From a virus, in the IMG/VR virus record IMGVR_UViG_3300035698_010466, positions 26,936 through 90,935 of that record: a DNA stretch of 64,000 nt. One strand, written 5' to 3'. Below, one piece after another: positions 48,771 through 57,848 of the stretch. The notes below the pieces were generated by a model. The model was not told the origin of the DNA, did no database searches, and worked only from the letters and a program-made list of their open reading frames with translations. How positions within the stretch are numbered: position 1 is the first letter of the stretch; each line of letters starts with the position of its first letter. Made by a program: the position numbers and the translations under genes.

Positions 48771-49319
48771 TTGTTAGATGAAAAGACATTAGTAAACTTC
48801 TGTAACAATAAACGAATCCTCGTTGTTGGAAATGCACAAACATTAATTAGAAAAGATAATAGTAAATTTATAGATTCTTTTGATGTTGTTATTCGTATTA
48901 ATCATGCAGTACCTTCGAACTTAATAGGTAAAAAAACTGATATTTGGATTTGTAATTACAATACTGTAGATCGACAATATCCAGAATATAAAAGATTTTT
49001 ACCTAAGTTTGTTATGAAGATGAATGAAAACACTTATATTGATCCTAAACTAAAATCCAATTTATATGTATGGCCTGTTGGTGAATTTAAAAAATTTAGA
49101 TCATTATTAAGTCTGAATAAACCTAGTACTGGCTTGAGTATACTATTTTGGTTAACAACTAAAGTTAATGCGAATATTAGCATAATTGGATTCGATTCGT
49201 TTAAAACTAAAACTTTTTATTATCATAAAGATATTCATCAGAAATATCATAATGGAAACAAAGAAAGGGACTGGATAAATAAATTAATTAATAGCAAACA
49301 AATAATAAAATACCAATGA
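48771..49319 (+). CDS. GT29 (sialyltransferase-like) protein
   Basis: VVGNA...IDSFDVVIRIN...GKKT; PSTG; GFD. Confidence 0.75.
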   Translation: MLDEKTLVNFCNNKRILVVGNAQTLIRKDNSKFIDSFDVVIRINHAVPSNLIGKKTDIWICNYNTVDRQYPEYKRFLPKFVMKMNENTYIDPKLKSNLYVWPVGEFKKFRSLLSLNKPSTGLSILFWLTTKVNANISIIGFDSFKTKTFYYHKDIHQKYHNGNKERDWINKLINSKQIIKYQ

Positions 49320-49690
49320 AAACTTATAATGAATATTTAAATGAAGGGGTACTCCAAAACATAAAGGATTCTGATTTTAATGGAGGAGATCCTGAAAGTA
49401 TTCAGGTTCATAATCAAGGTGTTGGTGGAGTTCAAAGTTTACAAGGAATGAGAAAACGAATAGTTCAACTTTTAGAGCAAATGTTGAAATCTGCAAAATC
49501 AGCAGAAAAAAATCATTCATTAGCTCATTATAATATTCAACAGGTTTTAAATTTAGCAAATCCTAAAAGTACAGGCGGAGTACTTTTAAAATATTTAGAG
49601 AACCATCAAAAAGCTGTCGAAGAACTTGAACAATTACGAAAGAAAGGTGGTAAAGGTGCTGGAAAAACCGTGCCAAAAAATTTAACTTAA
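49316..49690 (+). CDS. probable internal head protein
   Basis: N-terminus MKTYNEYLNE resembles the T4 capsid-targeting sequence. Confidence 0.7.
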   Translation: MKTYNEYLNEGVLQNIKDSDFNGGDPESIQVHNQGVGGVQSLQGMRKRIVQLLEQMLKSAKSAEKNHSLAHYNIQQVLNLANPKSTGGVLLKYLENHQKAVEELEQLRKKGGKGAGKTVPKNLT

Positions 49691-49693
49691 ACA

Positions 49694-50215
49694 ATGGGAA
49701 TATCAAATTTTGAAGATTTTATAAATGAAGCTCGTTCTATTACAAAAATCGATAAAGACATAATGCAAACTGTCGATTGAATGGCAGAACTTGTGACAAA
49801 CTGGAAAGCTGCTAAACAATCCGGTGATAAAACAGCAGAAGCTAATTTCGTTAAAAAACTTAAAATTCTAACAGATAAGAAAATAGCTCTTAATAAAGAA
49901 TTAGATATATCAATAGGATTAAAAGATGTGCATGTAGAATTTGTCGGTGAAGACTTTATCAATGAAGATTGGGGTTCATCTGATCAACATTCAATGAATA
50001 TGTATATTCATGATTTATTAAAGAAACCTAAAACTATGCCATCACCAATTGATGATAATTTAAAAAGTGCAGCAGAAGATGCTGTTGATTATTATTGGGA
50101 AGATTGGCCAGAATACAAAAAAGAGAGGAATACTTTAATTTTAAATGCAATTAGACTATATTTACAAAAAATGTTTACAAAGGAATTTAATAGATTTGCA
50201 GACTTTTTTAAATAA
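49694..50215 (+). CDS. probable internal head protein (in-frame TGA at 49778)
   Basis: MGISNFEDFINEA... in frame with ORF 49781-50215. Confidence 0.6.
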
Positions 50216-50241
50216 GATTAACTGATACATTACAATATCAT

Positions 50242-50263
50242 GGGGCTAATAAGCCCCTTTTTT
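50242..50263 (+). terminator. intrinsic terminator
   Basis: GGGGCT/AGCCCC stem plus T7. Confidence 0.8.
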
Positions 50264-50284
50264 ATGAAAAAAGTTAGTGTTTTA

Positions 50285-50332
50285 TTTTTTATTCCCAATA
50301 AAATTGATTATATTTAATTATAAATTAAAAAC
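50285..50332 (+). promoter_or_regulatory. early-promoter repeat motif
   Basis: Matches the core of the 1503-1910 repeats. Confidence 0.7.
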
Positions 50333-50339
50333 AGAAACT

Positions 50340-50894
50340 ATGGAATATAAGTTCGTAAGGCTAAAATGTAATCATTATAACATGGAATATCCATGGATTC
50401 TTGAATGCAAAGATATTGAAACACTTATAGAACATACTGAAAAGTACATGAACACTGAGATTGAAAGAGGTGTAAAGGATTGGTTTAAATCACAAAAAGG
50501 GCATTTAACAACTAATTATGCTAGTGCAGTAGAAAAAATGATGATATTCACGGGTAATAATTTTATTAAAGAAAGCACTATAATGGAAAATAAAATATTC
50601 CAAGGTAAACTTAAAATGTTACTGAAATTTGGGACTTTATATCTAAGAGAAAACGGTTCTTATATGGTTCATTCTGATTCTCTAATTATAATTGATAAAA
50701 AAGTTATGGATGAAATGGTTTGGCCAGAATATACAGTAGATGATATCAAAATTTCAAAATGGGATGGGGGTTCACATTACTATGCTAAAATTGGTAGAAT
50801 GGATGTTACTGATGCTGATGGTAATGTAAAGTGGAATACACACAAAGAAGCGAAAAGACATGCTCTTGTATTTTTTGAAAACCTTATAAATTAA
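50340..50894 (+). CDS. hypothetical protein
   Basis: ATG at 50340 follows the promoter motif. Confidence 0.7.
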   Translation: MEYKFVRLKCNHYNMEYPWILECKDIETLIEHTEKYMNTEIERGVKDWFKSQKGHLTTNYASAVEKMMIFTGNNFIKESTIMENKIFQGKLKMLLKFGTLYLRENGSYMVHSDSLIIIDKKVMDEMVWPEYTVDDIKISKWDGGSHYYAKIGRMDVTDADGNVKWNTHKEAKRHALVFFENLIN

Positions 50895-50899
50895 ATAAA

Positions 50900-51136
50900 A
50901 TGAGAAGCGAAATTTGTGAAAGAATATTAAAATCAATACCTTTAGAAACAAGACTTAAAGTAGGTAATGAAATGGCATTTATTAACTTAATTGTTGAATT
51001 AGGTTATAGAGAAGATAGAATGTGGTCTGATGAGGAAGATGAATTACTTACTAAATTAATGGATCTTGCTAAACAACATACTGATGATACGTTAAAGGAG
51101 ATTGAAAGTTGGAAAGAGGATGGATGTCCTGAGTAA
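50900..51136 (+). CDS. hypothetical protein
   Basis: ORF. Confidence 0.65.
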   Translation: MRSEICERILKSIPLETRLKVGNEMAFINLIVELGYREDRMWSDEEDELLTKLMDLAKQHTDDTLKEIESWKEDGCPE

Positions 51137-51142
51137 AATAAA

Positions 51143-51421
51143 TTGAAAATGGAAACTATGAAAAGAAAAGTTATTAAAATATTTGAAACTCAAAGTGATC
51201 TTATATTGGCTAGGGCACAATTTTTATATGGCATAAATGTTCAATATGAAGATATCAGCAAGCTCGAAGAATTCATTAATAAGTTAGTGGGTAGTTATGG
51301 ATATCATTATACAAAGAATGACAATCCAACATCTGGTACTGAAGAATTTGATTATATTAATCAGCATGGTGGACTTAAGATTGGAGATTATATTGAACCG
51401 CCGTTTTACACGTTAAAATAA
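51143..51421 (+). CDS. hypothetical protein
   Basis: ORF. Confidence 0.6.
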   Translation: MKMETMKRKVIKIFETQSDLILARAQFLYGINVQYEDISKLEEFINKLVGSYGYHYTKNDNPTSGTEEFDYINQHGGLKIGDYIEPPFYTLK

Positions 51422-51443
51422 ATTAAAAATAATTAGCGAAATA

Positions 51444-51490
51444 TTTTTTATTCCCAATAAAATTGATTATATTTAATTATAATTAAAAAA
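51444..51490 (+). promoter_or_regulatory. early-promoter repeat motif
   Basis: Matches the core of the 1503-1910 repeats. Confidence 0.7.
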
Positions 51491-51501
51491 GGAGATACAA
51501 A

Positions 51502-52486
51502 ATGGGAGGGAACGCTTTAAAAAACACAATAACTCGGAGATACGATAAGGATGAATATTTTAAGTTAAGAGATGAAATCTTAGAAAAACTTAAAACAATC
51601 AATCTAACTGGTCGTGATCTTAGAGCTTTTAGAAAAAAAGAAACTTTCGGTGATATGGATGTTCTTATTTTAAACGATGGAACTATTAAAGATATCAGAG
51701 AAAGAATCGAAAAAACATTCAAACCGAATGAAATGTTTTTTAATGGCAATGTATGGTCATTTGATTACAAAGAACTTCAAATTGATTTTATCTTAACTCC
51801 AACCAGAAACTGGGAGAGTGCGTATAATTTCTTTTCATGGAATGACCTCGGAAATGTTATGGGAAAAATTTGCCACAAGTTTAATTGTAAATACGGATTT
51901 GAAGGTCTTAATTTCAAATACAGAACTGAAGATCAAAGACATCTTGGAGATATTAATCTAACAAGAGATACTGAAAAAATCTTTGATTTTTTTAGGTTTT
52001 GATTACGAAAGATGGCTAGAAGGTTTTGATACAATGGAAGAAATTTTTGAATATGTTATCGGTTCAAAATATTTTTCAATGGAAATCTTCGCATTTGAAA
52101 ATCTTAATCATATCGATAAGAAACGAAACAAGAAAAGAAAAATGTACAATGAATTTCTTGAGTATGTTAATAACAAAGAAAATCTTACAACATACAAGTT
52201 TCATAAAGATAAGACAATGTACCATGAAAAAATTGAAACTGCATTTCCAGGATTCCTTACTAAACTCGAAGAATTCAGAGAAAAAGAAAGAATCCGTAAA
52301 GAAGTTTCTGATAAATTCAACGGTAGACTTGTAATGGAAAAGTATGGCTATGAAGGTAAAAGACTTGGTGAAGTTCTAGGAAACTTTAAATCATTATTTT
52401 CAAACTTTTCAATCTATGTTTTAAATACTAATGAATCAGAAATTTGGAAAGATTTTGAAAAGTTTTTGGATGAAACAAATGCGTAA
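51502..52486 (+). CDS. Pol-beta/PolX-superfamily nucleotidyltransferase (one gene, frameshift in a T-run near 51990)
   Basis: KETFGDMDVLI, QIDFI; ORFs 51502 and 51983 join as EKIFDFLGFD. Confidence 0.7.
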
Positions 52487-52517
52487 AATGTTATAAAATA
52501 ATAAATTAAATACATTA

Positions 52518-53225
52518 ATGTCAAAATTGAAAATAACTTTTATTTCCGATACACATACTAAACATAATGAATTAGATCTCCCTAGTGGGGATCTTTTAAT
52601 TCATGCAGGAGATTTCATGAACTCCGGTTATAAAGAAGGTAATATTCATGCGTTCGGTAAATGGTTTAGTAAGCAGGATTATGAACATCTTGTTTGTATT
52701 GCAGGTAATCATGACAGATATTTTGAAAATCACAATCATCATGCTAGACGCATCATTAATTCTTATAAAGGTATTACTTATTTACAAGATAATGAAATGA
52801 TAATCAAAAGTGATGATGATACACGAGATATTAAATTGTACGGAAGTCCTTGGCAACCAGAATTTATGGACTGGGCTTTTAACTTACCGCATAATGGAAC
52901 CTATCTTAAAGCAGCATGGGATAAAATTCCTGAAGATGTTGATATTTTAATCACTCACGGACCTCCTAGAGATCATCTTGATAAAAGTGGACCTCCTTGG
53001 ACACAAGCTAGATTAGGTTGTGAATTATTAAGAGCAAGGGTTGATAAGATTAAACCAATGATACATGTCTTTGGACATATTCATGGTAGTTACGGATATA
53101 AGTTTCATAATGGTACACATTTCATTAATGCATCAATATTAAATGAACAATATCAATATGTAAATACTCCACTTACGATTAAATGGGATCCTGTAACAAA
53201 TGGAATAGAATTTATACTAGATTAA
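52518..53225 (+). CDS. metallophosphoesterase (MPPED/239FB-like)
   Basis: SDTH, HAGD, GNHD, THGPP, FGHIH. Confidence 0.92.
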   Translation: MSKLKITFISDTHTKHNELDLPSGDLLIHAGDFMNSGYKEGNIHAFGKWFSKQDYEHLVCIAGNHDRYFENHNHHARRIINSYKGITYLQDNEMIIKSDDDTRDIKLYGSPWQPEFMDWAFNLPHNGTYLKAAWDKIPEDVDILITHGPPRDHLDKSGPPWTQARLGCELLRARVDKIKPMIHVFGHIHGSYGYKFHNGTHFINASILNEQYQYVNTPLTIKWDPVTNGIEFILD

Positions 53226-53415
53226 TATGAAATGTTTTGCATGTAACCAACAAATAGAAAATGAACTACATATCATTCATGTTGGAGATGGAGATTTTGT
53301 ATGTAATAAAGTATGTAAAGAAAAATTCGAGAAAGATAGAAACGAATTCTTTGCAAACATACATGATGATAATTGGTATGAAACAAATTTTTTTAAATTA
53401 AAATAAAATAATATT

Positions 53416-53781
53416 ATGATGAGAACCGGAAGTAGAACCGTGCATATTAATAAAGCTAAATTAATAGGAAAGATTAGAGAAAATAAAGCTAATCATATAG
53501 TTGAATATGATAAAGCAGTAATTGCTTATAAGCAAGAAGCATTAAAGCAATTGGCAAAATTGAACCGTGATGTAGAAAATGGTGAGATGGAAATAATGAT
53601 TGATTTAGTAACTCCTGTTAATGCTTGTGACAATTATGATAAAATAATTGAAATGTTTAATTGAGAACTTAATACAGAAGTGGATTTAACACAAGATGAA
53701 TTCAAAGAATATGTACAAGATGAATCTTCAACAGCAGTTCATGCTAAGATGATGAATTCAACTTATTTAATGCAGCATTAA
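53416..53781 (+). CDS. hypothetical protein (in-frame TGA at 53662)
   Basis: Frame continues ELNTEVDLTQDEFKEYVQDE after the TGA. Confidence 0.6.
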
Positions 53782-53785
53782 AAAC

Positions 53786-54004
53786 ATGAAAGTATACCAA
53801 ATAAGAACAGCAAAACAATTCTTTGATTTTTATAGAGATAAAGAATTTGATATAGAAGAATTATTAGAAGTATATGCTAAGGATGTTGCAACTCGATTTG
53901 CAGCTGAATGTGTAAACCAAGCATTAGGAAATAAAATGGAAGTTTCTAATGCATTACATGATAGAATTAATTCAGAGTATAATTCAATAGAATGGGAACA
54001 ATAA
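53786..54004 (+). CDS. hypothetical protein
   Basis: ORF. Confidence 0.6.
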   Translation: MKVYQIRTAKQFFDFYRDKEFDIEELLEVYAKDVATRFAAECVNQALGNKMEVSNALHDRINSEYNSIEWEQ

Positions 54005-54016
54005 AAATTTTAAGAA

Positions 54017-54286
54017 ATGACAGGTAATTACGATAGCGTTTCAGAAAGGCTCACTGATGATTCAACTTTCCTTGAAAGTTTCAATAAATATGCGAAGATA
54101 GTAAATAAGCTTAATTCCCATAATATAGAACTTATTGGTAGTATACCAAATCCTGAAGTAGCAGATCCTAAATGCGGATTTAAAATGATTCATAATAAAA
54201 TTACTTGGGATATCTTTAGAGTAGACGATGTGGTTGATATGATAATTAAAGCTAGAAATGCATATAAAGAAAGAATAAAATCATGA
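54017..54286 (+). CDS. hypothetical protein
   Basis: ORF. Confidence 0.6.
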   Translation: MTGNYDSVSERLTDDSTFLESFNKYAKIVNKLNSHNIELIGSIPNPEVADPKCGFKMIHNKITWDIFRVDDVVDMIIKARNAYKERIKS

Positions 54287-54501
54287 CAGATAAAGATATT
54301 GTATATTTTATAATGAGCCACACAGTAGAACTAACACCTGGTGGCAAAAAAGATTTTCAGTGGCCTTGTATGCCTGATCCTGAGATGGGAGATGAATTCA
54401 TTCGTAAAATAAAAGATCAATTTTATGAAATTAAACTTTGGATAAAATTTAATCCGGAAAGATATCAACAAGCAATTAATGGATATTATCAAATAAACTA
54501 A
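54283..54501 (+). CDS. hypothetical protein
   Basis: ORF with ATGA overlap. Confidence 0.6.
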   Translation: MTDKDIVYFIMSHTVELTPGGKKDFQWPCMPDPEMGDEFIRKIKDQFYEIKLWIKFNPERYQQAINGYYQIN

Positions 54502-54503
54502 AT

Positions 54504-55022
54504 ATGGAACATAAAGAAATTAAACATATAGACATTAAAGAATTTCGAGAGAAAGGATATCTACAAGAACTAAATCGAAGATTCTTACATCCTTTAGGTA
54601 TGGCATTAGAAGTAGTGATAGAAAAAGGTGAGGAAAGAATTGGTGGCATTTGGGATTATCGTGATGATGAGGAAGGTATCTATTATGATATTGAAAATTC
54701 TAATGAAGAAAGAAAAAATAAATTTGCAGAAAATAAAAAGTTTGTAGATAGTGAATTAACAAACCATATTAACAAAAGATTTGAAATTCTAGGATTTCAA
54801 ATAGAACCAATAAACAATAAATTGGATAAACTGAATAAATTAGAAACAGTTAAAGAATTTTTACTTAAAAGAAGAAATATTAATAGGGCTAACTTACAAG
54901 ATGAAGCAATTAAAGAAGATGGATTTTTTGACGCAAATTCTTATAGCGGTGGGAATTTTGATGATTGCTTTCATTTAGCATTTGAAATGGGTGAAGCTGA
55001 ATTAATCGAAGAATTATTATAA
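54504..55022 (+). CDS. hypothetical phage protein
   Basis: GYLQELNRRFLHPLGMAL...GIWDYRDDEEG. Confidence 0.7.
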   Translation: MEHKEIKHIDIKEFREKGYLQELNRRFLHPLGMALEVVIEKGEERIGGIWDYRDDEEGIYYDIENSNEERKNKFAENKKFVDSELTNHINKRFEILGFQIEPINNKLDKLNKLETVKEFLLKRRNINRANLQDEAIKEDGFFDANSYSGGNFDDCFHLAFEMGEAELIEELL

Positions 55023-55056
55023 ATAATAAACTAAATAAAACTAAATAAAACTAAAT

Positions 55057-55695
55057 ATGCGTTATTGTAGTATAGATATTGAAACAACTGGATTAAATTC
55101 AGAGAATTGCCAAGTACTAAGTATTGGGGCAGTTATAGAAGATACCAACGATATTAAACCTATTAAAGAATTACCTTCATTTCATGGGGTAATAGTTCCT
55201 AACAGAATTGAAGGTGAACCTTATGCAATTAATCTTAATAAAAAATTAATTGAAACTATCGTTGAATATTCAGTAGCAAAAACTGACATTGAGAAACTTG
55301 AAATCTCCCAGAAAACCGGAATGACATTTTATAATAAAGATAAGATTATACTTGCGTTTTATAATTTCTTAACTAAAAATGGATTTGGCGAGATAAGTAA
55401 AAAAACAGACTTAATTGAATATCCAATACATTTAAATGTTGCAGGTAAAAACTTCGGAACATTTGATTTAAAATTTTTAGAGAAGTTACCGAGATGGAAA
55501 CAATTTATTAAAGTTCGTCAACGTATACTTGATCCTGCTATATTACATATAGATTGGAACAGAGATGATTCTTTACCCGGATTATTAGAATGTAAAAAAC
55601 GAGCATGCATAAATGGAGAAGTAACACATAATGCGTTAGAGGACGCACAAGATGTAGTAGAAGTTTTAAGATTCACTTATGACATTAATATTTAA
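55057..55695 (+). CDS. DEDDh 3'-5' exonuclease
   Basis: SIDIETTGL, GKNFGTFD, HNALEDA. Confidence 0.9.
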   Translation: MRYCSIDIETTGLNSENCQVLSIGAVIEDTNDIKPIKELPSFHGVIVPNRIEGEPYAINLNKKLIETIVEYSVAKTDIEKLEISQKTGMTFYNKDKIILAFYNFLTKNGFGEISKKTDLIEYPIHLNVAGKNFGTFDLKFLEKLPRWKQFIKVRQRILDPAILHIDWNRDDSLPGLLECKKRACINGEVTHNALEDAQDVVEVLRFTYDINI

Positions 55696-55722
55696 TTAAT
55701 ATGCTCTTATAAATATAAAAAT

Positions 55723-55795
55723 AGGATGGTGCCCAACCATTGATGCCCTGAGTCAATAAAGGCTTTAAAGTTATGTAACAGTAGCAAAAGGGTTT
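55723..55795 (+). promoter_or_regulatory. structured 5' leader whose first 16 nt are complementary to the sequence just after the gene
   Basis: AGGATGGTGCCCAACC pairs with GGTTGGGCACCATTCT at 56562-56577 (one G-U). Confidence 0.65.
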
Positions 55796-55816
55796 AAAAA
55801 TAATAAAATAGGTACT

Positions 55817-56557
55817 ATGAATAAACAAGCAACTGCGCATATAGCGCTAAATAAAAATAGACTAAAACATTACCCAGTCACCGGACCAGGTATAGTTTAT
55901 TTAAACGACAATGATAATTTTGAAATTGAATTATTCAACGGATATGACACTGAAGTTTTGGCTAAGATATGGATTAATGATGAACTCATATCACAAGGCG
56001 GTTTAGTAATTAAACCAGGTCAACGATATTTCCTAGAAAGATTTATAGATTCAAATAACAAATTTAAGTTTGACACTTACTCAGTCGAAAACTCAACTGA
56101 AGCAAAAGAAGCCATTAAAAATAATGGAAGTGTTAAAGTTGAGTTTTATTCTAAAACTCCAAACTTAACAAGATATCCAAAAACATTAAAATCGAATTAT
56201 GGTGAATATTCCGGTAATATCCATTTCCATCAAAATTCTGGCGGATATGCATACAGAAGTAATACAAACGATGTAATTGGAATGGATCTTTGCGATACAA
56301 CTTTTACCTCTATGTGTTGTTTAGATAGCATTGAAACAGGAAGAGTTGGTAAAGGAGAAAGTTCAGATCAAAGTTTTGGAACATCTGATCTGAAATTTAA
56401 TATATTTACATGTAACACTTATGAATATAAAATATTACCGAATTCACAAAAACCAGTTGAAGTAGCTGAAATTAGAAATTACTGCAGTGAATGTGGTTTT
56501 AGAATTCGTAAACAGAATTGGAAGTTTTGCCCAAGCTGTGGCGATACATTAAATTAA
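55817..56557 (+). CDS. hypothetical protein with C-terminal zinc ribbon
   Basis: CSECG...FCPSCG. Confidence 0.8.
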   Translation: MNKQATAHIALNKNRLKHYPVTGPGIVYLNDNDNFEIELFNGYDTEVLAKIWINDELISQGGLVIKPGQRYFLERFIDSNNKFKFDTYSVENSTEAKEAIKNNGSVKVEFYSKTPNLTRYPKTLKSNYGEYSGNIHFHQNSGGYAYRSNTNDVIGMDLCDTTFTSMCCLDSIETGRVGKGESSDQSFGTSDLKFNIFTCNTYEYKILPNSQKPVEVAEIRNYCSECGFRIRKQNWKFCPSCGDTLN

Positions 56558-56608
56558 GAAGGGTTGGGCACCATTCTTTTTGAATAAATAATTAAACAAC
56601 ATACATTA

Positions 56609-57763
56609 ATGGCACTACGTAAATTTAATACATATAAGCTTATGACTGAGGCACAGGATTCATTAAAGATTTCTGTACCTAAAGATGTACTTGACTTATA
56701 TAAACTTTTTAAGAAAAATAAAAAGGAACTTTTCATTGTTGGCGGTGCAGTAAGAGATGCATTATTAGGTAAGAAACCTAAAGATTTTGATCTTGCGACC
56801 GATGCATTACCTAATGAAATTATTAGCATCATAACTAAAGGCGGTTATACAACAGCCGGTGAAATTGGACAGCAATTTAATATTGTCTTCGTTCAAGTTC
56901 CTTCCTCTAAAGAACCTATCGAAATCGCTACGTTCCGAGAAGATGTGGGCAAGGGTCGTAGACCTGATGCAGTTAAAGCTTCAACAATTGATAAAGATGT
57001 TTTAAGAAGGGATTTAACTATGAATGCTTTATTCTATGATATCGGATCAAAACAGATTGTAGATTTAGTTGGCGGAGTAGATGATATTATGTCAGGTACA
57101 GTACGCACAGTTGGAAAACCTACTGATAGATTTGATGAAGATAAGTTAAGAAAGTTAAGAGCATTAAGATTTGCAGGTAGAACTAATGCAAAATTAAATG
57201 ATGAAACTTCTAAAGCGATTCGTGATAATAATTCATTAGATGGTGTAAGTTCTGAAAGAATCAGAGATGAATTCAAAAAATCAATTGAATCTGCTAAATC
57301 TCCAAAGTATTATTTAGATTTAGTATCTTCATTTAATTTATGGGATGTAATGTTTCCTGGTCTTGTTATTGATAAATCTTTTGTAAACTCAAATGATTGG
57401 TTAATTCAAATATCACAACTATTTGGAAACAATCCTCTAGAAAAAATTGAAAAACTTTTAAATACTTATAATTTTACAGTAGACGAAATCAAAATTGTTA
57501 AGTTCTTAAAAGATTTGAAAAATCTTGAACCAAGTAATGTTTTTAAGACATATGAAAAATATGAATCATCAAAACTTGATAATAAAACAATACTCAATTT
57601 TGCTAAACTAAACAATTTAAACTTTAAATTAATTAAAGCATTTTTAAAGTATAAGCCATCAACAAGCGGTAATGATATAATGAAACAATTTAATTTAAAA
57701 GGATCTGCTATTGGTGATAAGAAATCTGAAATCGAAGCAGAAAAATTTAAAAAAATGTTATAG
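56609..57763 (+). CDS. cca: CCA-adding tRNA nucleotidyltransferase
   Basis: VGGAVRDALLG..PKDFDLAT, EIATFR, DVLRRDLTMNAL, RFDEDKLRKLRALRF, SERIRDE. Confidence 0.92.
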   Translation: MALRKFNTYKLMTEAQDSLKISVPKDVLDLYKLFKKNKKELFIVGGAVRDALLGKKPKDFDLATDALPNEIISIITKGGYTTAGEIGQQFNIVFVQVPSSKEPIEIATFREDVGKGRRPDAVKASTIDKDVLRRDLTMNALFYDIGSKQIVDLVGGVDDIMSGTVRTVGKPTDRFDEDKLRKLRALRFAGRTNAKLNDETSKAIRDNNSLDGVSSERIRDEFKKSIESAKSPKYYLDLVSSFNLWDVMFPGLVIDKSFVNSNDWLIQISQLFGNNPLEKIEKLLNTYNFTVDEIKIVKFLKDLKNLEPSNVFKTYEKYESSKLDNKTILNFAKLNNLNFKLIKAFLKYKPSTSGNDIMKQFNLKGSAIGDKKSEIEAEKFKKML

Positions 57764-57848
57764 AATGTCTTAAACATTTTTTAAAAACTTCATATAAAAA
57801 TAAAAGGATCTTAGGATCCTTTTCTATTCTAAAATAATTAATGACGAG

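Noticed and set aside
45336-53664. In-frame stops (TAA 45336 in thyA, TGA 49778, TGA 53662) suggesting stop-codon reassignment
   Set aside because: Stop types are mixed, TGA and TAG end many genes normally, no suppressor tRNA is present, and long genes have no internal stops; single-base errors are the simpler explanation
55028-55057. AAACTAAATA repeated three times
   Set aside because: Short low-complexity intergenic slippage with no evidence of function
55723-56577. Inverted repeats as transposon ends or retron a1/a2
   Set aside because: The enclosed protein has no transposase or reverse-transcriptase motifs, no RT is nearby, and no target duplication is seen
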